From: an uncultured Holophagales bacterium
Lineage (GTDB): Bacteria; Acidobacteriota; Thermoanaerobaculia; Multivoradales; UBA5704
Direction: 5' to 3'
NCBI GenBank assembly: GCA_963842525.1
Contig: CAWJGT010000009.1
Location: 1 to 64,000 of the forward strand
DNA: 64,000 nt
Below the pieces are notes generated by a model. That model had not been told where the DNA came from and did no database searches. It saw only the letters and a program-made list of their open reading frames with translations. The translations under genes and the position numbers were made by a program. The stretch's first letter is position 1. Every line of letters starts with the position of its first letter. Positions 26,430-34,685 of the stretch are shown here, one piece after another.

Positions 26430-28111
26430 GGGATGACTCCTTGGCCTTGAAAGCCGGGATCGGGTAGGGCGGGGAGGCCGGTGTCGGGTGCGATGGGCCA
26501 GGGACCGGTGGGCTCGGGGCCGGTGTAGCCTCGGGCTTCGGCTTCTTCGGCAGTGATGACTTCGATACGACAGCGGCAGCTATGGCCGGCGGGGGGCCAC
26601 CAAGTCTTCCAGATCGGGTGATCGATCGCGAAGACTTTGCCGTGCATGACGGCGTGGTTGTGAAGGGGGCGTTGGCGGACGCGGTCGTCGTCTTCGGTCA
26701 ACCAGATCAGGTAGGGGATCTGGTGGGCCAGACCGGATGGCAGGGACGACAAGGACTGCAAGGACACCAAGGACTGCAAGGACGATAAGGACAAGGACGG
26801 AGAGGAAGGAGAAACGGCGGGCTGGCGTTTGACCACGGGCTCGCCTTCTGTGGGGGCGGGGACCCTCATGGTCATGCGGTAGTAGCCTTCGGGGACGGAG
26901 ACGTCATCCGCGAGGGCGTGGGCGATGCCCTGCATGCGCTGGGCTCGGTCGGGCGCGTCGGTGCTGTCGTAGACGGACCTGGGGATGGGGGCGCTGGGTC
27001 CGAAGTTGAGGAGGACCATCCAGCGGATGAGCGTGTCGGTTTCGAAGGAGCCGAGCAGGTGGGCATCGTGATCGACGGTCTCCAGGCGGACTTCGTTGGA
27101 AACCTGACTCTTTGCAAAGGAGCCCGGGCCTTTGGCGAGGCCGCTGGTGTCCACTTCGCCGAGGAGGAGGAGGGCTTCGGCTCGGTCGAGCCAGGAGAGG
27201 AAGGCGGCGTAGCTGGCGTCTCCTCCTCGGCTGGCTTCGAGGAAGGTGATGTCGAGGCCATCGGGGAGGGCGATCGAGGTGCCGGTCCGGATCGCGTCCA
27301 GGATCGCGAGGAGGCGGGCCTGCTGCTCTTTGTTGGCGGCCTCCTGGCCGGGCTTGTACGGGTAGGTCCCTTTCGCGAGCGGCTGCGCGAAGCGCTCGAC
27401 GAAGAGGGCCCAATACTTCGAGGCGTGCTTCTTCAGGTACCAGACCCAATAGAGACGATCGAGGAGGGCTCGGCCCCACGGGTTGTCCTTGGTCCCGTAG
27501 GACAGAACTTGGAACTTCATCGGCGGGGCGGGGACCGGCGCGATCCGCACCGGGTGATTGACGATATGAAGGGATCTGTCGCTCGCGGCCCAGCCGAAGC
27601 GCCACATGGGGCGATCGATCAGATCGACGGGGAGCCAGGCGCCGGCCAGTGGGCCGCGAGATGCCTGCTCCCACATGACCTCGTTGATGGCGACACCCTT
27701 GAGGATCGCTTCGAGGGTGTTGGAGATTGGGACGACGCGGAGCGGGATCTGTGAGAGCGCGGTGCGAACGAAGAGTGCGGTCTCTTCGGCCTTCGGAGAA
27801 GAATCAGCGGCTCGGATGAAGCGCGGCAGGGAGAGGACTGCTTTGACTCTCTTTTCCCAGAGGCCGGCCATGGTCGTATCGGTTTCGACCATGCGGCTGT
27901 AAAGCTCCCCCACCCGGTCGCCCACCTCGGACCTCTCTCGGACGAAGCGCGAGGGATGCTGGATCTCCTGCCATCTTCCGAACGCGCGGAAGAACATGGG
28001 ATCGCCGCCGAGCTCGCCGACGAACGGACGGAGCTTGCGCTCCGCCTCAAGGGCGGTGACGACCAGCTCCGCGAAGAGCTGCTCGGTTGGGGCGAGGTGG
28101 GCGGTCTCCAT
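26426..28111 (-). CDS. DUF935 (Mu gp29) portal fused to the C-terminal MuF/gp7 domain
   Basis: DNPWGRALL...YWVWYLKK...WALFVERFAQP portal motifs; C-terminal DDDRVR...H...HGKVFAIDHPIWKTWWPPAGHSCRC MuF motif. Confidence 0.9.
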   Translation of the reverse strand: METAHLAPTEQLFAELVVTALEAERKLRPFVGELGGDPMFFRAFGRWQEIQHPSRFVRERSEVGDRVGELYSRMVETDTTMAGLWEKRVKAVLSLPRFIRAADSSPKAEETALFVRTALSQIPLRVVPISNTLEAILKGVAINEVMWEQASRGPLAGAWLPVDLIDRPMWRFGWAASDRSLHIVNHPVRIAPVPAPPMKFQVLSYGTKDNPWGRALLDRLYWVWYLKKHASKYWALFVERFAQPLAKGTYPYKPGQEAANKEQQARLLAILDAIRTGTSIALPDGLDITFLEASRGGDASYAAFLSWLDRAEALLLLGEVDTSGLAKGPGSFAKSQVSNEVRLETVDHDAHLLGSFETDTLIRWMVLLNFGPSAPIPRSVYDSTDAPDRAQRMQGIAHALADDVSVPEGYYRMTMRVPAPTEGEPVVKRQPAVSPSSPSLSLSSLQSLVSLQSLSSLPSGLAHQIPYLIWLTEDDDRVRQRPLHNHAVMHGKVFAIDHPIWKTWWPPAGHSCRCRIEVITAEEAEARGYTGPEPTGPWPIAPDTGLPALPDPGFQGQGVIP

Positions 28112-28113
28112 GA

Positions 28114-30150
28114 TCAGAGGGCCTTCAGGATGTCGAGAGAATCGATCGGGTTTGCGGCGGGGGTGGCGTAGATGAGGGGCGGAGTGAAGGCTCCCCAATC
28201 GGCGGTGAGCTTGCGTAGCTCGGCGACTCGCAGAGCATCGACGAGGTGGTCGTTGACCTTCGAAAAGCGGCGCGATTCGCCGGATTGCGAATAGGTATGG
28301 TTTGCGAGGAGGTGGCGGACCTCGGGGTCGAAGGGCAGCTCGAGGCCTCGGCCGTGGAGGCGGCGCTCGATCAATTGGGTTCCCAGCTCTTTGTAGGAGA
28401 TGAGGATCTCTCGACCGGTGGCCGGATCGAGCTGGGCTTCGCCGGTCGTGGGATCAAGGGCGGGCGTCGCGCGATTGAAGACGTAGCCGGAGAGGCGCTC
28501 TCCCAGCTCGGGAGCCAGGAGATCGACCAGGACTCGGCCAACTCCGGTGGCGTCGATCCCCCAGCCGCCGGCCGGGGCGAGGATGGCGTCGAGAGCGAGG
28601 ATGAAATCTCGCTGCGCGTACCAGTTCCAGCCGGTGAGGTGGAGGCGGAGGACAACGGTGTCGGCCAGGCCGTTGCGGCGCTCGATGAGGATCTCCGTGA
28701 CGGTGGCCGAGCCGACATCGACTCCGGCGGTGAGGTCTCCGGGGATGGGGCGGAGGAAGAAGCTGGCAAGGTCGTTGGTGAATTTGCGGCGGTGGTCGGC
28801 GTCCCAACGATCCCAGCCGGTTACGTCGAGGGTGTCCTGCAGGACTGTGAGATAGGGCTGCAGGGCGGCTTCTCCCTCGAGGTCCTCGTCGGAGTGGTCG
28901 TCGGCCGGCTCGCGGCCGGGGGCGGGCTGCGGGCGGTGCTCACGAACTCGCCAAGGCTCAGACAGTTGCGCTCCGTCCTCGCTCCGCCCCCTGGCCGCTG
29001 GGCCTGCGCTGAGGGCTTCCTCGCCCCAGGGATAGGAGGGGTTGAGGCGGCGGGAGAGGGCGTCGAGGTGCCCGGCTCGGGTGTCCCAGCGGAAGGTGAG
29101 GGAAAGATAGTCGGGGATCCAGGTCAGCGCGGGCTGGAGGAGGCGCTCGGGGAAAAGTGAGTACTCGGGATCGCCGGGGAGACCGAGGACGTTGTGTACG
29201 TAGCCCGGCTCATCCGGGCCGCCATAGAAAGCTATGAACTCCTGGCGGCGGTCTTCGCTCCAGAAGGGGGCGGGCATGATGGTCTTCGGCCAGTGGAAGC
29301 GGACCCAGATGCGGCCTCCGAGGTCGCGAGCCAGGGCGCGCGTGCCTTCCGGGACCGTCGCAGAGGTGGGACGGAGGAGCTGCTCGATGACCAGCTTGGG
29401 CGTGTCGGCGGGGACAACGGATTCGGCGGGGACCGCGTTGTCGGCGATCCTCTGGAAAGTGCAGAGGCGGTCGCCAGTAGGAACCGAGTAGATCCGGATC
29501 TCGCAGCCGGGCTTGGCGGCGCGCCAGAACTCGGCCCAGCTTCTCGGGTTGACGACTTTGGCCGCTTCGTCGTGCAGGAGCCAGCCGCGCACGTGGATGC
29601 CTCGGTAGGCGCGGCCGTCGTGGCCGGCGGGGCGGAAGAGGACGCGCAAGCCGTTGCGCCAGGTCAGGCGGCGGTAGGGCTTCGTGGTGCGCGTCCGCAG
29701 GGAGTCGTTGAGGAAGGGGTTGGCAGTGAGCTGCCACTCGACTTCCTCCCAGATCTCGTCGAGGTCACCGTCCAGGGCGGAGCCGACCAGCACACTTCCC
29801 CGCTCCGCCGCGAGGCAGCCCCACAGGAGCAGGCCGACGATCTCGCGGCTCTTCCCCACCTCGGCGCCGTCCTGGTGGACGACATGGCCACGGAAGCGCA
29901 TCGACGGTCGCTGATAGGCGAAGAGGCTCCAGAGGCCGCCGCCGTCCTCGGGCTTGTTGACGAGGTTGGTTTCGACCCAGAGGACCGGGTCGGCGTTGAT
30001 CAGCCACCACTGGAGGCGGTCGATGTCGAGGACCTCGTCGCCGAGCTTGAGGTCACCGCGTTCGAGGGCTTGCCAGGACCAGCGGTTGCGGCGCAGGAGC
30101 GCGTCGATCAGCTCGGGCAGCGCGGGATGGAGCAGCTCGATGCTATGCAT
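28114..30150 (-). CDS. terL: Terminase large subunit
   Basis: Walker A-like GAEVGKS, LLHDEAA Walker B, YSVPTG, nuclease GVDVG, GIDATGVG, NDHLVDALR. Confidence 0.9.
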   Translation of the reverse strand: MHSIELLHPALPELIDALLRRNRWSWQALERGDLKLGDEVLDIDRLQWWLINADPVLWVETNLVNKPEDGGGLWSLFAYQRPSMRFRGHVVHQDGAEVGKSREIVGLLLWGCLAAERGSVLVGSALDGDLDEIWEEVEWQLTANPFLNDSLRTRTTKPYRRLTWRNGLRVLFRPAGHDGRAYRGIHVRGWLLHDEAAKVVNPRSWAEFWRAAKPGCEIRIYSVPTGDRLCTFQRIADNAVPAESVVPADTPKLVIEQLLRPTSATVPEGTRALARDLGGRIWVRFHWPKTIMPAPFWSEDRRQEFIAFYGGPDEPGYVHNVLGLPGDPEYSLFPERLLQPALTWIPDYLSLTFRWDTRAGHLDALSRRLNPSYPWGEEALSAGPAARGRSEDGAQLSEPWRVREHRPQPAPGREPADDHSDEDLEGEAALQPYLTVLQDTLDVTGWDRWDADHRRKFTNDLASFFLRPIPGDLTAGVDVGSATVTEILIERRNGLADTVVLRLHLTGWNWYAQRDFILALDAILAPAGGWGIDATGVGRVLVDLLAPELGERLSGYVFNRATPALDPTTGEAQLDPATGREILISYKELGTQLIERRLHGRGLELPFDPEVRHLLANHTYSQSGESRRFSKVNDHLVDALRVAELRKLTADWGAFTPPLIYATPAANPIDSLDILKAL

Positions 30151-30799
30151 CGGAGTCCTCCCCCTCCCCCGCCAGACCTCTCCGCATCTGGCTCACCCAG
30201 GCGGCCCTTCCCGCCAGGCCGAGTCCGTGGTCTCTTTCGCGCTCCCCGCTCGCCTTGGGTGTGATCGCCTGGTCGGTGGCGGTGTGGCCGAGCTGCCGCA
30301 GGAGCTGGAAAGTGTTTGCCGCCCGAGGGTTTTCGACGGGGCGCTCGGCGACGATCTCGAGCTCGCCTTCGGCGTTGCGGCCGACGACAGGGACTTGGAC
30401 GACGAGGCCTTCCTGCATGAGGACGGCGAGCTCGCCATGGGCAAGCGCGAGCTGGCCTGCCATCGAAGTCGCGGCGAGCTCGGCCAAGCCGTTGAGGTCG
30501 CCGGCCTGGATGGCGGCGAGGTACTTCTCCATCACGTCGTGATGGCCGAGGGAAACGAGGCAGGCCGAAAGGCCGGCGCCGCGCGACTCGACGGCACGCT
30601 TGACGTCGCAGGTGCCGGTGCCGCCGTTCGGACAGACGGCGGGCTTGCAGGGCGGGAGCGCCTGGCCGAGGGCGGTCGTAGCGTACTGGCCGGTCTTCAC
30701 CGCGGCGGCACGGCGCTGGGCGCGCTCTTTGGCGGACAGGGGCTTGCCCTTGGGCCGGCCGCCCTTTCCTTTACTCCCCTGCTGTGTCCGTTTCGGCAT
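30143..30799 (-). CDS. terS: Terminase small subunit candidate
   Basis: Basic GGRPKG N-terminus, AVKTGQYA (HGxY-like), VENPRA...LRQLGHTA; directly upstream of terL. Confidence 0.7.
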   Translation of the reverse strand: MPKRTQQGSKGKGGRPKGKPLSAKERAQRRAAAVKTGQYATTALGQALPPCKPAVCPNGGTGTCDVKRAVESRGAGLSACLVSLGHHDVMEKYLAAIQAGDLNGLAELAATSMAGQLALAHGELAVLMQEGLVVQVPVVGRNAEGELEIVAERPVENPRAANTFQLLRQLGHTATDQAITPKASGERERDHGLGLAGRAAWVSQMRRGLAGEGEDSDA

Positions 30800-30836
30800 C
30801 TTGACAGCGCTCCTCGTTCGTGGGCAGCTTGAGGAC

Positions 30837-31907
30837 ATGAGCGCAAGACCCCAAATCGGCCCAGCTCGTCGTGCCCCTGCTAAGTCGAGGTTTTCCAGTG
30901 AGATACCGCGCAAAAAAGAGCCGCTCCAAGGACCAGATAATCTGGTCCTTGTGGAGGAATGGACGGCGTTCCTGGTGAGCGTCCGGGGGCGGACGGAGGG
31001 GACGGCGGCCAGGTATCGGCGGCTCGTCGAGCGGCTGCTCGCGGACTCCGGGAAGCCTCTCGTGCAGCTCGGCCGGGAGGACGTCGAAAAGCATCTGCGG
31101 CGGCTGCATCTGGCCGGGCGCGGGGAGTCGGTGCGGCAGGGGGTGGTGGTGGCGATCCGCTCGCTGGGCGAGTGGTGCCTGGCTCACGGCATCCTCGACG
31201 TGAACCCCTGGGCGTCGCTGTCGGGGCCACGGCCCTACCGGCGGGAGATCAAGGTGCTCACGGTCGCCGAGGTGTCTCGGCTGCTCTGGGGCGATCGGCC
31301 GGGGACTCTGCCGCGCGATCCGCTACAGATGCGCGACCGGGTGCTGCTGGGCGTGGCCTACGTGGCGGGGCTGCGGGCGTCGGAGACCGGGCCGCTGGAG
31401 GCGGAGGGGGTGGTCTGGCAGGAGGCGACTCAGACCTTCAGCATTCTGGTGCGACGTGGGAAGGGGGCAGGCTCGGATGTGCGGTTGCCTCTGGACCGGC
31501 CGGTGTCTCGGATGCTCGCGGTCTGGTTGACGACCCGGCCGGCGGGGCGGTTTCTCTGGGGACGGGCGCTGACGCGGGGAGCGGTGCGGAAGATTTTGCT
31601 TCGACGGTTCGCGGAGGTGGGGATCGAGGCGGGTGGGCGGCGGATTTCGCCTCACGTGCTACGGCACAGCCTGGCGACGCATCTGCTTGCTCAAGGGCTG
31701 GATATCCGGGAGGTGCAGCTTCTGATGCGCCACCGGTCGATCGCGACGACGGAGAAGTATCTGCATGTGAATGTGGATCGGCTGGGGGCGGTGTTGGTAC
31801 GGCGGAGTCCTTTGGAGGGACGGGGGCGGAAGAGAATGGCGAGCTCGCTGCGGCCGGCGATGGCGCAGCTCCTTGGCGAGCTTGGGGGGTTGGTGCGGGG
31901 GGAGTGA
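30837..31907 (+). CDS. XerC/D-like tyrosine recombinase
   Basis: GLRASE (R), RRGKG (K), SPHVLRHSLATHLL (HxxR), MRHRSIATTEKY (H, Y). Confidence 0.92.
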   Translation: MSARPQIGPARRAPAKSRFSSEIPRKKEPLQGPDNLVLVEEWTAFLVSVRGRTEGTAARYRRLVERLLADSGKPLVQLGREDVEKHLRRLHLAGRGESVRQGVVVAIRSLGEWCLAHGILDVNPWASLSGPRPYRREIKVLTVAEVSRLLWGDRPGTLPRDPLQMRDRVLLGVAYVAGLRASETGPLEAEGVVWQEATQTFSILVRRGKGAGSDVRLPLDRPVSRMLAVWLTTRPAGRFLWGRALTRGAVRKILLRRFAEVGIEAGGRRISPHVLRHSLATHLLAQGLDIREVQLLMRHRSIATTEKYLHVNVDRLGAVLVRRSPLEGRGRKRMASSLRPAMAQLLGELGGLVRGE

Positions 31908-31971
31908 GGGGCGGGAGAGAGGACGGACAGGGACTGGCACGGACGGGGCGCGGACCGGGGGCGTGCGAAGG

Positions 31972-34309
31972 TCAGGAGGGATTGAGGAGGTCGAGCAGCT
32001 CCTGGCGAACCTTCCTCTGATCGGCGGAAGGGATCGAGTCCTCGTCGAGGTCGAGGAGCCAGCGGAGTTTATCGATTAACTGGGCCTCGGCGGCGGGGTC
32101 ATTGAACTCTTTATGTATGACCTCGAGCAGGTTCCAAGTGGAGATCGAGGTGGCCGGGTACTCGCTGCCCTTGACGCGCTCGTAGGCCGCCAGGGTCTGC
32201 TCGTAGAGTGCCCGGGCACCGGAAAAATCCTTGAGATCACAGAGGACTGCGGCCAGGTTGTTCCTCGAACTCAAGGTGTCGGGGTGATCGTAACCCAACA
32301 CGAGCTCGCGGATTTTCAGATTCTCTTCATGGAGTTCCCTCGCTCTGGTGAGATCACCGCAAACTCGGAGAGTTGCGGCGAAGTTGTTCCTCGAACTCAA
32401 GGTCTCGGGGTGCTCGCGACCGAGCACGCACTCATAGATCTTCAGATTATCCTCGTGAAGCTTCTTCGCTCCGTCGAGATCACCCAGAGCGCGAAGAGCT
32501 TCGGCCAAGTGGTTTCTTGAGCTCAAGGTGCTGGAGTCATCGCCCCCCAGTAAGCGGTCATTGATCATTAGGGAGAAGCTCACCGAAGTGTTTGGCGCCG
32601 ATATGATCCCCGCGCTCCCGCGCAAACCAGCAACTCCAGTCGAACAGCCGGCCGGCGGCAGCGGATTCGAGCGTGTGTGCCCCAATCAACTCGGACGCGA
32701 GTCTCACGCTCGGCTGCAACTTTTCACAGAGCTGCCAGTTTTCAAATGTGGGCCATGGATATGCTTTTGTCAGCGCTCGAACCACCCGTCCCGCCCAATC
32801 CCGCCGGCCCTCCTCGCTCAAGGAATCTTTGACGACCTCCTGCGTCAAACGGTGGACTTTGAAAGCCTCGTCCGCCAAGCGCTCGACGAGCGAGTAGCGC
32901 TCCAGAGGCTCGAGTAGCTCCAAGAAGACCAGCGGGGCTTCGTCAGCACCCTTCAGCCCTTGGGCCAGTAGCTCGCCGAGCTCCGAGCCGCCAAGGGTGA
33001 AGATCTCGATTGGAACGAAATCTGGTACCAGGAATGCAGCAGCGGTCAGCAGGTCGGTGGAGGCCTGCGAGGTCTCACGTACGGCAGCGAAGCTCAAACT
33101 CCAGGTCGTCGCGACAGTCTTGGGGTAGTCCGTGCTCGGCTTGCCTTTCGCGAGCAGCGCCACGCCCTCGCGCCGGTATTTGGCGAGGTATTCGCTAAAG
33201 CCACCTCCCACCGTCTCGATATACGCCGCCGCCTGCTCAAGAGCAAGCGGCAGATAGCCCAACTCAGAGGCCAGAGCGGCGGCCGCCTCGGCATCCGCAA
33301 TACCCGTTCTCTCTCTCAGGAACTCAACGGCGTCCTCGGGATCCAAGGTCTCTACCCGGAACGGTTCTCGGATGCCGACTTTGACGAAGGATTTTGCCCT
33401 CGAGGTTAGCAGGACCTTGCCGCCCGTCCGGATCGGCGGCAGAAAGCCGCGCAACAGGGCGGGATTGTCTGCGTTGTCGAAGACGAGCAACCAGGCACCC
33501 TCGCGGGAAAGCCAGGCCTTCACCGCCATGACTGCGGTCTCAAGATCGGCCCTGGTATCAACGAGCCTCAACTCGCGAGCGATAGACAGATAAGCCGACT
33601 GGATCTCCGGCACGGTTTCGGCCATGACCCATAGGACAAAGCGATAGTGCTCACCAAATCGGTGCGCGTACTCGATAGCCGTCTGGGTCTTGCCGATGCC
33701 GCCCAGCCCATAGATCGCGGCTTGGGCGAGTGCGGAGATTCCCTGCGTCTGTAGTTGCTGGTGGAGGCGCGAGAGGAGGTCCTTGCGGCCGGTGAAGTAT
33801 GGGTTGTGATGGGGAACGCCGATCATGGTTGGCCGGAAGGGCGGTCGATTCGAGGCGGAGGGGACTCGGCCAGCCTCTGGGAAAATGCCCTTGATGCCAC
33901 AGATCAGCCGATGCAGCTCGTCATGATCGTCGAGCCCGGCGCGGAAGTCGACCCAGGTCAGGCGCCTCAAGAAACGGGGCAACGCCTTCTCCTCGGGTTG
34001 GGACGCACCTGGCAGCAGGACCGGGATCACCCGGCGGCTCCTGTCCCGGACCCGCGTGTTGAGAGCGTCTCGCATCTCCTCGTTCTGCCACGGTCCGATA
34101 TCGCCGGGCCCGAGGCAAACCGCAACGGTCTGGCTTCGATCCAGGGCCTCTTCGAGCGCTTCCTGCCATGGCTCTCCTGGCACCAGGTGCCACTTGTCGA
34201 GGAAGGCTTTTAGCTTCCTGCGCTTGAGACGGCGGGCCAGCTCTTCCACGGCTGGCTTGTCCTGGCTGGCGTGGCTCAGGAAGACGTCGTAGGTCGCTTT
34301 GGAGGCCAT
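31972..34309 (-). CDS. TIR + NB-ARC (STAND) + TPR protein; frameshift near 32590
   Basis: YDVFLSHASQDK...PWQNEE (TIR), GLGGIGKT P-loop, WLLVFDNA Walker B, LGYLPLALEQAAAY, and HPETLSSRNNLA TPR repeats in ORF 31972-32685. Confidence 0.9.
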
Positions 34310-34685
34310 GGCAGATGGCTTTGAGGATACCACCCACTCTACGCGAAAGGACGAAAAGGACAGCAGGGACAGCAAGGAGTCGCCGAGTGCCCAAAAACGT
34401 GGTTCTGAGCACCGCTGTTTCCGGCCGGCCGGCGTCGCGGAAAAGCCCGTCCGGCTTGGATTTGGCCGCTCTCATCCGTCTTCCAGACCCCCTCTCCTCC
34501 CGCCGCAGCTCCGAAAACGAAACCAGTTCCGTTTTTTCCACAGGGGAAAAGGCCCGCCGGGATTGCGTTTCCGCGACTTTGGCGGGTCAAAAAAGGTGGT
34601 TCTAACCGGCGCAGAAAGGCAACCGCAGGAAGGTGGTTTGGACGGGGGCTGGCGGGGGGTGGGAGGGCGGGGTCGGGCGGTGGGC

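Larger units (their letters stand above)
1..31907. mobile_element. Prophage or domesticated phage-derived element (left end beyond the window; right end uncertain, possibly about 34.9 kb)
   Basis: cro/cI switch, morons, full head-tail operon and tyrosine recombinase; that the switch and the virion module belong to one element is inferred. Confidence 0.65.

Noticed and set aside
13336-30799. Transposable Mu phage, contractile injection system or tailocin
   Set aside because: No MuA/MuB, Mor or sheath/baseplate wedge genes were recognised, and capsid and terminase are present.
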